Of a DNA stretch of 64,000 nt, positions 50,940 to 62,700 are shown one piece after another (positions within the stretch are counted from its first letter, which is position 1; the number at the start of each line of letters is the position of its first letter). The notes under the pieces are model-generated. The model was given only the letters and a program-made list of their open reading frames with translations, was not told the origin of the DNA and did not search any database. This DNA is from Leucoraja ocellata (taxonomy: Eukaryota), in assembly GCA_036785375.1 (NCBI GenBank), contig JAWMAR010000578.1, positions 248,001 to 312,000 on the forward strand, in the 5' to 3' direction. Position numbers and translations under genes: made by a program.

Positions 50940-51340
50940 TCGGTGAGACTAAGCGCAGGCTTGGCGATCGCTTCGCACAACACCTCCACTCAGTTCGCAA
51001 TAACCAACCTGATCTCCCGGTAGCTCAAAACTTCAACTCCCCCTTCCATTCCGAATAAGGCCCACCGTAAATTGGAGGAGCAGCACCTCATATTTCGCTT
51101 GGGCAGTTTACACCCCAGCGGCATGAACATTAACTTCTCCAATTTCAGGTAATCCCTGCTTTCTCCTCCCCTTCCCAGCTCTCCCTCAGCCCCACTGTCT
51201 CCGCTTCTTCCTTTCTTCTTCCCGTCCCCCCCCACCCTCACATCAGTCTGAAAAAGGGTATCGACACCAAACGTTGCCTATTTCCTTCGCTCCATAGATG
51301 CTGCCTCACCCGCTGAGTTTCTCCAGCATTTTTGTCTACC
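50940..51340 (+). mobile_element. Penelope-like 3' fragment (GIY-YIG plus tail)
   Basis: GETKRRLGDRFAQHL and EEQHLIFRLGSL, followed by the tail. Confidence 0.88.
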
Positions 51341-52072
51341 CATTCACACAAGTTCTGTTATCCCACTTTCCTCACCCACTCCCTACACATTAGGGGCAAT
51401 TTTACAGATACAAGTTAACCTACAAAGCCAATGCGTCTTTGGGATGTGGGAGGAAACCCACACGTTTGCAGGGGGAATGTGCAAATTCAACACAGACAGT
51501 GCCAGAGGACAGGATCGAACGCAGATCTCTGGCATGTGAGGCAGCAAGTCTACCAGCTGTGCCACTATATTTTGTTTTCCAACACACAAAAAATTATACA
51601 TTGATAACTTTGGTTACTAATAAAATGAAAATATCCATTTTTAGTCTCAAATCTCCAAGTGAAGCTATGTCCCTCTTTACAGCTACTGTATGCTTTAATT
51701 CAGTTCAAGACTATGGGGCAGTACATTGGCCATAAAGTTGCTGCCTAAAAGTGTCAGAGACCCGGAATTGATCCTGAATATGGATGCTGTCTGTATTGAG
51801 TTTGCTCCTTTTCCCTTTGATCGCATGGGTTTTCTCCGGGTTCTCTTGTTTCCTTCCACATTCCAAAGGTGTGCAGGAAGCTATTTCAGACCCAACCCAA
51901 AACGTAATACTAGTTCTATCCCACACATTCGCGATGCAAGTCAAGAGTCAAGAGTGTTTTATTCTCTTTTGTCCCAGTTAGAACAATGAAATCCTTACTT
52001 GCAGCAGCACAACAGAATATGTAAACATAGTACTCTGTAAACAATGTTATAAAAGAGAAAACAAAATGGTGT

Positions 52073-52229
52073 NNNNNNNNNNNNNNNNNNNNNNNNNNNN
52101 NNNNNNNNNNNNNNNNNNNNNNNNNNNNNNNNNNNNNNNNNNNNNNNNNNNNNNNNNNNNNNNNNNNNNNNNNNNNNNNNNNNNNNNNNNNNNNNNNNNN
52201 NNNNNNNNNNNNNNNNNNNNNNNNNNNNN
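52073..52229. other. Assembly gap (157 N)
   Basis: Run of n. Confidence 1.
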
Positions 52230-52937
52230 AAGTTCTATCGTATAGTATCTTGTGTGTAGGAAGGAACTGCAGATGCTGGTTTAAACTGAAGATAGACACA
52301 AAAATCTGGAGTAACTCAACAGGTCAATCAGAATCTCTGGACAAAAGGAAAATATTACGTTTTGGGTTGGGTCTGAAATAGGTTCCTGCACACCTTTGGA
52401 ATGTGGAAGGAAACAAGAGGACCCGGAGAAAACCCATGCGATCAAAGGGAAAAGGAGCAAACTCCATACAGACAGCATCCATATTCTCTTCTACTATCCA
52501 TCCCCAATTTCATTTGTGTAACCTTTTGAAAGTGGTTGTTGGGTTTATTCAACTGGGTCATTGTAGTATGGAGCAATTTGGTCAGTGTAAACAAGCCAAG
52601 CTCTGAGTAAATCAAGGATACATTTCTATAAGAAAATACTTCTTCCATAATTTCGCTCTTCTCTTCCAACTCATTAATCCCAACAATTTTCCCTTTTTGC
52701 CAAGTAAGAAGGGTTGTTGGATTATGCTATTTTAAATGTCTTAATTTCAATGGCATGTGAGTTTATTTGTGGCTCACATCTCTAAGCAGTCATCCATACC
52801 TTGATGCTTTTGTTCTCTTGACATTGATGTATGGATTTGGGTTGGGTGGGCAGGGTGGGGAGACATACCATAATTGTTTTGGAACTGCTCCTGATTATAG
52901 GTTTGATGAATGCACCTTGTTGTTAAACCATTCATAG

Positions 52938-53111
52938 TTCATAAGCAAGAAAATGGAAGTTGAGTCATTGAGGATGAAGCAGGATTTAGAAGAAGCCCAG
53001 TCCAGGAATCACTATCTTCAGGAGCAGATTGGTATCCAGAGGCAACTGTTGACAGAGCAGGAACAACAGCTTCAGGGCTCTTGGCATACATCAGCCCAGC
53101 TTCAAGCTCAG
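52938..53111 (+). CDS. KIFC3: KIFC3 exon (FISKKMEVESLRMKQDLEEAQSRNHYLQEQ...QLQAQ)
   Basis: catAG / GTAAGT, 174 bp. Confidence 0.92.
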
Positions 53112-53449
53112 GTAAGTCCAAGCTCTTCTCTCTGATGTTAATAACATTGCAGGAGTCATTAATCTCCACTTGGAGCCAACCAATGTACAATGCCACATTG
53201 TTAATATTTACTATCTTAAGAAGATTAACATGGTTACATTATATCTATTAACTTGGGAACCACTTGTGATTCATATTGTCTGAGAAGTTCCAGGCCAACT
53301 CAGACAGCAATAACACTTAGTCTGAAGAAGGATTTTGGCCCAAAACGTTGCCTATCTCCTTCGCTCCATAGATGCTGCTGCACCTGCACCTGCTGAGTTT
53401 CTCCAGCATTTTTGTGTACCAGCAATAACACTTGCTCCGTAAACTGCAG

Positions 53450-53597
53450 ATCATGATGTACGAGGCGGAACTTGAGCAAGCACGAGGGGAGATGATCGTG
53501 GCTCTTCAGGCAATAGAAGATGAGAAGAACCAGACCATTGAAGAGGTCTTCCAGCACGCCCGCTCTGAAATGAAGACTGTACACGATAACCTGAATG
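53450..53597 (+). CDS. KIFC3: KIFC3 exon (IMMYEAELEQARGEM...EMKTVHDNLN)
   Basis: ctgcAG / GTAGGT, 148 bp. Confidence 0.93.
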
Positions 53598-53896
53598 GTA
53601 GGTGATGAGGAAGAAGCAATGAACTTCCTTGGACTAAGGAACTTGCATTTTAAAGGGATCTGTGCAATGAGGAGATGGTAATGCATATAATGTACCTTAA
53701 CCTGACATTTGCTGCCTTGTGACAATTTGGGGCAAAGTGGGTGGAACTGGTGTGATTGAACATGAAGAGAGTGGACGCAGCACGTTGGAGAAGCAGAGTC
53801 GACGACTATTGAGGACAGTCTGACATGCAGCACTTCTAACCTCTGGGAAGCCAAGGGTCTTGTCACCGTGCTGACCTTTAAATCCTTTTCCTGCAG

Positions 53897-54027
53897 GTGT
53901 TCGAATGAATCTCCTCTCCATCCAACCAGCCCTAAAGACACTTACGAGTGATTACAACTGTCTGAAGAATCACGTTCGGGATTTTCCATGTCTCCTACAA
54001 GATGCTGTCAGCCAGACAAAGAAGGAT
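53897..54027 (+). CDS. KIFC3: KIFC3 exon (GVRMNLLSIQPALKTLTSDYNCLKNHVRDFP...KKD)
   Basis: ctgcAG / GTGAGT, 131 bp. Confidence 0.95.
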
Positions 54028-54199
54028 GTGAGTAGTAACATGTTGTTAAGGAGTATGGGGTATATAACTAGAGCCCCACGATGCAAGGACACATGAAGTT
54101 GAGTCAATACTCTGTGCTCATGACCATTTTTATGCTGTGCCTGCAGCGCTGCTGATGTTTAGTGGATCCAGTATAGCACATGCACGTCTTCCTTTCCAG

Positions 54200-54311
54200 A
54201 TTTACCAGGCAGTGGAGGAGGCAAAAGGAATCAACCAGGATCTTCTGCGCAAGTACAAGAGGGAGATGCAGCTCCGCAAGAAGTGCCACAATGAGCTGGT
54301 GCGACTTCGAG
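54200..54311 (+). CDS. KIFC3: KIFC3 exon (kinesin-14 neck; LLRKYKREMQLRKKCHNELVRLR)
   Basis: ttccAG / GTGAGT, 112 bp, neck motif RKKCHNELVRLxGN. Confidence 0.96.
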
Positions 54312-54515
54312 GTGAGTGGGATAATGTATGCGGTGAGAGTTTTGATCCTACACTACGGGGAGGTGCCCCTGATCCAAAATCAGCTGCTTAACATCTCCCC
54401 TGAGAGCAGATGATTATCAGCTGATCATTTAATGGCTGAAGCAAAAATAAAGCAAAAATTGCCTAAGCTTTCTAGAGTTCATTTCACAAGTGCCTCTTTG
54501 GTATTATTTCTTCAG

Positions 54516-54697
54516 GGAACATCCGTGTCTTCTGCAGAGTTCGCCCTATAACCAGGGAGGATGGCGCAGGGCCCGACAACAGGAATGTTGTTTCCTTCGA
54601 TCAGGATGATGATGCGGTTTTGTGCATCTCGCATCGTGGAAAAACCTCTTTGTTTGAGATGGATAAGGTTTTTCAACCATGTGCACTGCAGGTGGAT
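54516..54697 (+). CDS. KIFC3: KIFC3 exon (motor start; GNIRVFCRVRP...FEMDKVFQPCALQVD)
   Basis: ttcAG / GTAAGT, 182 bp. Confidence 0.96.
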
Positions 54698-56906
54698 GTA
54701 AGTGGACTTAATGTTACAACCAGATGATCACTGGGATGTGTGCGAGTCAGTCAGCACAGTTGCTGGATAAAGATCAGAGATGTTGGGCAGGTATATGGGA
54801 AGTCATAGACCAGGCTCTATCCAGTTTGCCTTCTATCACACGCGTGCCGTACTGAAGCTGTTGACAACTGTATCAGTCTCTTACAAATATCTCCTGTTTC
54901 TTCTCTCCACAATAGCAATAGAATGGGGATTACACTCTTTTATCTGATATGGAGCATTGTGTGCCCATGTGCAGTAAGACCTGGACAATGTGCATGCATG
55001 GGGTCAAAGACAAGGAAACGGGCTACTGTTGAATTATGTGTCAAATGTCAAGGAAGACTCTTATTCTCACCTTTGACATTCAGTTGTATTAGGTTCTGCA
55101 TGAATCCTCCACCATTGATCACTTAATCAATGGTGGGAAGTTGGTCACCATTAGTCAAAAACTTAACCATGCCAACTATGGAATTGCATGACTACAATGG
55201 CGGGTCAACTGCTGGAGATGCTATGGTAGTGACTGACTTCTTGACCACCTAATATCCAAGAAGGCATTGGGGATGTGGTGGCACATTTTCCATTTTAATC
55301 TTTCAGCCACACTGGAGAATGACCATCCAGAATAAGCAACCACCTTGACTGGTGCCTTCTCCATTGCCTTAACTGTCACTGTCCAACAGCAAGTTGGCTA
55401 CATTCTGCACCAACCATAAAATGCAATGTTGCAGCTTCCCCAACAGCTCATCCTGAAACAATATGCTCCAAGCATCCAAGGGGATGTACGCATGGGAATG
55501 TTTCTCATGTAAATCCCCCTCTGGGTCACATGGTGTCTCTTACAGTCACGGGATCTGTATCTTGCAACTTCTCACGCATCCTGCTGTGTATCACTACAAG
55601 AGCTGCAGTGTTTTAAGGCAGCTGCTCACTACCACCACCACTTCAAACAGGGGAAGCAGGGATGATGATGATGAATGGCAACCCATGCCAGAGGTGCTCT
55701 TGTCCCATGAGTATTCTCACCCAAAAGGCCCTGAAATTTTGCAATGTAAACACCTGTTTAAAAAAAAACTCACCCAATATATTAGGTTCTTCTGTTAAGA
55801 TCCAGTATACATGTGAATTCATTTGTTCCCTATTGTATTAGAATCTGGGGCACATTTTATGATAACCTGCACATTGTGACTGTTTCCATTCCTCTACTCC
55901 TTTGAGTCTCTTTTGGATTCCTATTTTGTCCATACAAGTATACTCCCTCCACTGGCGTGTATTTTCTGGGCAGTGTCCCACACATGTTAGCTACTTATCT
56001 CCTGCCAGTGTGTGGGATCTTGCAAAATAGCTGCTTCATTTGTTTACATGATGGTGATTGTACTTCAAAGTAATTCACAATTTGAAGGTCTTCTGATATT
56101 TCTGTCAGCTGGAGGCACCAGTCAAAAATAACTTTTTATCTCCAGTTCTGCTGGCCTCTCATGGATAGTTTGTGAATCAGCATGGTTTTATGGAGGACTA
56201 GCTCATCCTCTCCCGGTGAGCTGATATCTAACTCCACTCTTGTGGTTCGTATACAATATCGGTTTTACTAAACTGATACCTAGGATGGTCACAAGATGCT
56301 GGGGTAACTCAGCGGACAGGCTGAGAAGGAATGGGTGAAGTTTTGGGTCGAGACCCTTCTTTAGCTGTCCTGCTGCCCCAGCATTTTGTGACTGTCTTTG
56401 ATTTAAACCAGCATCTACAGTTCCTTCCTACACCTGATACCTAGGATGGGTGGGTTGTCTTATGAGGAAATGTTGGATAGATTACATCTCTACAGGAGTT
56501 GAGAGAGAGTGGTCTTGATTGAAATATAAGATTTTGATCGGGTAGATGTGGGGAGGATATTACCTCTTGAGAGAATCTAGTGCTTGGTGTTGTACATTAA
56601 AAATAAACAGTTGTCTGTTTAAATCCTGTTTTTGAGGGTCATGAGTCTTCATGATTATCTTTGAACGACGATTGAAGCAGAGTAAATGTCCTCGGGCCAG
56701 CAGTGGATAGGTTCTTGGTCAACAAAGGGATGAACGGTTGCTGCAAATGGATGGGATTGTGGGGCTGAGGTTTCAGTTCCTTCACTCAAACTGGGAACCT
56801 GGGCTTTCCTATGGAGAAGATGCGCATAAAACATTGAAGGTTGTGTGTCTTGTCAAAACTCAACAGCATCAATCTCTGAAATAATTTATCCTGTTATTTA
56901 CCACAG

Positions 56907-57011
56907 ATATTCCGGGAGGTTCAAGCTCTGATCACATCCTGCATTGATGGCTACAATGTCTGCATTTTTGCCTATGGACAAACGGGCTCTGGGAAGACAT
57001 ATACTATGGAG
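56907..57011 (+). CDS. KIFC3: KIFC3 exon (P-loop; [16 protein letters not shown])
   Basis: cacAG / GTAGGG, 105 bp, Walker A GQTGSGKT. Confidence 0.97.
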
Positions 57012-57601
57012 GTAGGGATTTTCATGGGATCCTTACAAATCTCTTAAATACGAATTAGCCATTGCAATATCAACAAATGCATCTTTTTGGATCTTTTGCA
57101 AGGAAAGCAGTTTGTAGGATGTAAGGGACAAATACTATATAAACTGTTCACACAACAGTTTGAGTTCGTATTAACTCTAAAATGTTCAATTATTTGGGTA
57201 AGAAGGAAAACTAAGGAATCCCACTAATCCACAACAAATCTGCTGCTCACCAGCACAATGTGAAAATGGTCTCACCAGCATGGGATCCCAATAATTATGA
57301 ACATTTAAGGGGAAAAAAACTACAGGTGCTGGAAAAATAAAATAAAAACAGAAAATGCTCATCAGGTCAGACTGTATCTGTGGGAACAGAAATACAGTTA
57401 ACATTTCAGGTTGGAGACTCTTTATTAAAACTGGGAAGGAGAAAAAAGAAGCTCATTATGCTGCAGGATGTCTCTGAGGTAAACCATTTTCTCCCACTTT
57501 TCTGTTTTGCCTGTAATTGCCTCACAGTCTCTGGAGAGCAAAGCGCTCCTTATTTTTCTCAGCCAAGTCACTGACCTTGGCCCACGTCCCTTTCCCTCCA
57601 G

Positions 57602-57732
57602 GGATTGCCAGACGACCCAGGGATAAACCAGCGCGCTCTCCAGCACCTGTTTGGGGAAGTGGCGGAGCGCTCAACGGACTGGGACCTGTCCATTACCGTC
57701 AGCATGGCCGAGATCTACAACGAAACGCTCAG
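57602..57732 (+). CDS. KIFC3: KIFC3 exon (GLPDDPGINQRALQHLF...SMAEIYNETLR)
   Basis: tccAG / GTACGA, 131 bp, EIYNE motif. Confidence 0.96.
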
Positions 57733-57840
57733 GTACGAGACTGGCCCGAGTAACAGAGGGCTGTGCTCCACGTGTCGCCGTGTTTACGGGTGGGGATAAT
57801 CTGTGGACGTGGTTGCTAATAGTATTTTCTCTTTTTATAG

Positions 57841-57888
57841 AGACCTGCTGGGGTCTGACCCCCAGAAGACTGAGGATCTAACTATGAG
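57841..57888 (+). pseudogene. Truncated, decayed duplicate of the KIFC3 'DLL' motor exon (RDLLGSDPQK...)
   Basis: Strong acceptor ttttctctttttatAG in the correct phase. Encodes DLLGSDPQ, then similarity continues only after a frameshift (LRI*L*). Confidence 0.7.
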
Positions 57889-58984
57889 GTTACTAATACT
57901 TGCACTCTTATGGGAGCTGCATGATTGGTGATTGGTGCAATGCTTTGGCATGGCTGTGGAGCTGAATTCTGTTTTCATTTTTTATTTTTTTAAGTAATCT
58001 GTGGCCTATTCAGAATTTCCAAGTGCTTTGTGCATCAGTCTTTGCAGTCCTTGGGAGGTTGACTGTAACTTCTGTATTCGTGATGTTATTAGGACACACA
58101 CTCTTGCTTCAGTCCTGTTTGGCAGGATAATGGGCTTTCTGTATCCTCTCTCCTGGTCATATCCCTTCCAGTCATGTGAAAGATTTGATGCAGTCACATG
58201 TGATACAGTGTAATCACTAGTCATTCTGATGTTGAATCTTGGGCATTCCAGCCTGACCAAAGCCATTGAGAGACACGAAGAGAGATTCTCCTCTGTTGTC
58301 TTTTCTCCCACCCCCCTCCCCACGGGAGGTTAAACAACATTTCTTCTTGTGGGATTGAAGAAAATTGGTGTGAGATTCTTTCATCATGGGAAGTCCATGC
58401 ATGAATCCCTTTCCAGTAGGTAACAACAGAATAAATGGAAGGGCAGAATATGTTTACAAGGTGTGAGTATTTATGTGATACAAATTATTTGTGCTCAGAG
58501 GGACCTGGATGTCTTTGTATGCAATTTACTGAATATTCATGTGCTGTTATAGTAAACAATTAGAAAGGAAGTGGTATATTGGCCTTTGTTGCAAGATAAT
58601 TTAAGAATGTTGATGTCATTGCAATTACATAGCGAGCTGGTAAGACAACCCCTGGAATACTATCTATAGGACTGAATGCCTTACGGGACGAAGAATATAA
58701 TTCTCACTGATGGAATGCAGCTGAAACTCTCTGGATTGATACCACGAATAGAAACATAGAAACATAGAATGGCAGGATTGTGTGATGAGATATTAAGCAG
58801 ACTGGCCCTTTACTCTCCAGTTTACATGTATGTGAGCTGATCTCATTGAAATTTGTATTTGCACTAGGCAGGGTACCTACAGAGATGACATATTCCTTGA
58901 TTGAGGTATATGGAACCAGGTCTCAAAGTATGTAGTAAACTATTCAGGGAAAGGACAGGAAGAAAAAATTATATATGTCTTAAG

Positions 58985-59974
58985 GTTATAACCATATAAC
59001 CACATAACAATTACAGCACGGAAACAGGCCATCTCGACCCTTCTAGTCTGTGCCGAACACATAATCTCCCCTAGTCCCATATACCTGCGCTCAGACCATA
59101 ACCCTCCATTCCCTTCCCATCCATATAACTATCCAATTTATTTTTAAATGATAAAAACGAACCTGCCACCACCACCTTCACTGGAAGCTCATTCCACACA
59201 GCTACCACTCTCTGAGTAAAGAAGTTCCCCCCATGTTACCCCTAAACTTCAGTCCCTTAATTCTCAAGTCATGTCCCCTTGTTTGAATCTTCCCTACTCT
59301 CAGTGGGAAAAGCTTTTCCACGTCAACTCTGTCTATCCCTCTCATCATTTTAAAAACCTTTATCAAGTCCCCCCTTAACCTTCTGCGCTCCAAAGAATAA
59401 AGCCCTAACTTGTTCAACCTTTCTCTGTAACTTAGTTGCTGAAACCCAGGCAACATTCTAGTAAATCTCCTCTGTACTCTCTCTATTTTGTTGACATCCT
59501 TCCTATAATTAGGCAACCAAAATTGTACCCCATACTCCAGAATTGGCCTCATCAATGCCTTGTACAATTTTAACATTACATCCCAACTTCTATACTCAAT
59601 GCTCTGATTTATAAAGGCCAGCACACCAAAAGCTTTCTTTACCACCATATCTACATGAGATTCCACTTTCAGGGAACTGTACACAGTTATTCCCAGATCC
59701 CTCTGTTCACCTACATTCTTCAATTCCCTACCATTTACCATGTACGTCCTATTTTGATTTGTCCTGCCAAGATGAAGCACCTCACACTTATCAGCATTAA
59801 ACTCCATCTGCCATCTTTCAGCCCACTCTTCCAACTGGCATAAATCTCTCTGTAGACTTTGAAACTCTACTTCATTACCCGCAACCCCACCTATCTTAGT
59901 ATCATCTGCATACTTACTAATCCAATTTACCACACCATCATCCAGATCATTGATGTACATGACAAACAACAGTG
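58985..59974 (-). mobile_element. Young 5'-truncated CR1 LINE (RT C-terminal ORF, 255 aa) inside an older + strand CR1
   Basis: YINDLDDG, KYADDTK, QRDLGI, YGVQFW motifs and (GGTTATAT)n tail at about 58985-59010. Confidence 0.95.
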
Positions 59975-60057
59975 ATTTTTTTGAAATTCTCTATCCATGG
60001 AAGCTGTGAAGACCTGAAGGTGGGTACATTCGGTACACTAAGGGAATCAAATGAGTT

Positions 60058-60151
60058 GGATACTGAGTTGGATGATCAGCCATGATCATATTGAATGGCG
60101 GTGCAGGCTCGAAGGGCCGAATGGCCTACTCCTGTACCTATTTTCTATGTT
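60058..60151 (+). mobile_element. 94-bp CR1 3' tail insertion with 11-bp TSD TCAAATGAGTT
   Basis: Direct repeats at 60047-60057 and 60152-60162. Confidence 0.85.
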
Positions 60152-62209
60152 TCAAATGAGTTAGCACAGGAAATTGTACGGAGGTAAAGGATTAGCCACA
60201 ATTTTACTGAATTGGAGAACAGGTGTTGTAGTGGTTGTGGGGGTCAGGGGACAATTGGCTAGTCGTATATATCTGTGAGGAGCAGCGTGGTTGGTGCCTA
60301 GGGTGCGCTTCATGGCAGCCGCAGCACCCTGAAACCAAGTCGGACAAACCGCCGAAAGATCAAGCCAAAATTGGAACTACCTGACATCTTTGGCTTTGCA
60401 TCTTCCCTATTCCCCTCCAAAGGAATCTCGGTCCAAACTTTACTCTGCGCTCTAATGGGGCCCGACCTCGAGCTGTGCAAACGCCCTATTTTTCCGCTTA
60501 CTCTTTACACTTAACCTCTGGTGCCGGTTCCTGCTGTTGTGTTATTTTAATCTTTGTGTTTCAGCTAATGTATTCGCTGTTACTTGAGGATGATTAATCA
60601 TGAGAGCGGATCAGTTGTGGGGCTTTGTCATGGGTCTTGTCTGGTCTGGGTTTATCCAATTCCCCTTGCTGCTCACGCATCCATTACACATGGAAAAAAA
60701 TGTTCTGCCACACAGAACTAGTTGATTCCACCTATTTCAATATCAACCTCATTGGGTGACCTTGTGAGTCAATATCATTAAGAATATGTTCTTACTGGAA
60801 TGGGTAGAACATGTGAATGCCTAAATGACAAAAGTCTTTGATATCAATAATTGGGCAACCAACAAATTGCGTCAGTAAAATAAATGCCTCCAGATACAAT
60901 GCAGGGCAGGTGCAGAATTAAACACTTCATTATTTCATCTAAACTGTTCAACAAGCATCGACATGAAGTGCTAGACTGTTTCTGCCGAAATAGGGATGGG
61001 CTGATATTCTGGGTTCTATTTAAGCATGATTGACAATCAAGGAGAATGTGTTGTCGTAATGAGCTCAATTGTTATTGCCAAAGAGAGTAAATCAAACGGG
61101 TTCATCAGAATTGGGCTGTACAACAATTTCTTAAGGAGTTGTAATTTTGAATTTTAGTACAAAACAAATATCTCAGAGGAATCTTTGTGCAGAGTGTGGA
61201 GCAGCTAAAGCCAAAATGATTGATTAATGTTGCCTGACGTTTGAGAAGAAAATTGAATGATGTCTTCGAGAATATAACCTCACTGAAGTTAGTACTGGAG
61301 TACTGTTGAAATTGCTGATGTTTTTGTGATGCCATGTCCTTGATCTCTATTAGCCCTAAGTTCCGGGGCAATTCATGGGCAGGTCATCTTCCCTTCCCAT
61401 ATCAATACCAAAATTGCTTGCATTAGAATCTTCAAACTACAGTTGCAAAAGTTAAAGCCACAACATTGAAAATCTCACCCCATATCCACCTACCTTACAT
61501 TCCTGGTCTTTTTTCGTCTAAATAAGTTTATACTTGTTTCTCATTACTTTCTAATCTGCTGTCCACAGATCCACACACTTACAAGGTCGACCCCAAACTC
61601 CACCTCTTTTTGTTTGACCAAGTACATCTGCATGAATGTACGCATTGGGCAGCCACTCATTATCCCTGGTGATCAGTTTCCAGGTCACTTGTGCCAAGAG
61701 TCTCCCCACTGTTCTCAGTTGCTAATAGAGAGCGACCTTTGTTTTTTACACAGTGATTTCAAAGCTTGTAAATCTCAAACATATCTTAGATGTTGTTTGT
61801 TAGCTAATATTTACTTTTCAGCATTTAGATGTTTTATTATGTTTATTAATGGTGCATTAATGCTTTCAGTGTTATAGGACATATCTATGTGTATTTTTAA
61901 ATAGACTCCTTTAGCAGTGTCCATATTTTATTATCCATGGGGAAATCCATACCCCTATCCCTCAAGTATGAGGATTGGGTGTATTGTTGTGACCATTTGC
62001 AAATTTTCTGTTTACAATTCCACTTCTATGAGCACATAATGTACCCAGGCCCCTCGCTCCCTCTTGTCCAGTGCTTCCTGCTGCTCTGTGTCTGGTGTGG
62101 TCTTTTCCTCATTGTGGTTGTCTGTCTGATGGTGAGGCAATCCCTCTATGGGCATTGGTAACTGCTAAGCTTTTGTTGAGGCCACTAGAATCAACTTATT
62201 TATTTGCAG

Positions 62210-62333
62210 GAACTTGTTGGCCAAAGACCCCAGCGAGAAGCTTGAAATAAAACTGAGTCCTGATGGCAGTGGGCAGCTCTATGTCCCGGGTCTGATTCAG
62301 ATCAGAGTACAGAGTGTGGACGACATCAACAAG
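62210..62333 (+). CDS. KIFC3: KIFC3 exon (NLLAKDPSEKLEIKLSPDGSGQLYVPGLIQIRVQSVDDINK)
   Basis: ttgcAG / GTGAGA, 124 bp. Confidence 0.96.
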
Positions 62334-62461
62334 GTGAGAGCCGTCTCTCGTTGTTTGCTTTGTGATGTGATGGAAGGAAAATAGAGACAGGACAGGCTTG
62401 CAGTGTTAAAGTGGAATGAGGATAGTGAATCTAAACGATAGCAGGCAGCCTTGGAAGCCTT

Positions 62462-62546
62462 ACCCCATTACTCAAACCTCACGTCAAAAACCTTGGCGTG
62501 ATATTTGACTCTGCATTGAAATTTGACAAACAAGTCAATGCCGTGG
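62462..62546 (+). mobile_element. L2 LINE RT fragment
   Basis: Translates KNLGVIFDSALKFDKQVNAV. Confidence 0.7.
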
Positions 62547-62660
62547 GATCGCAAGTAGAGCCAATGTCTCACACCATCAAAGACCACTTTCAGTCCTGTG
62601 ACTATGTGAGTTTGCATGTTCTCATGATGATTTGAATTCCCCCTGTAACCTCCTCCCCTC

Positions 62661-62661
<1 letters not shown>

Positions 62662-62700
<39 letters not shown>
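62662..62700. repeat. Poly-C homopolymer (39 nt)
   Basis: Direct read. Confidence 0.95.

Noticed and set aside
53300-53941. 213-aa minus-strand ORF
   Set aside because: Antisense shadow of KIFC3 exons and a repeat, with no recognisable domain.
59202-59969. Reverse transcriptase as a domesticated gene or retron-like system
   Set aside because: Ordinary 5'-truncated CR1 with tail, lacking the N-terminal RT motifs and endonuclease.
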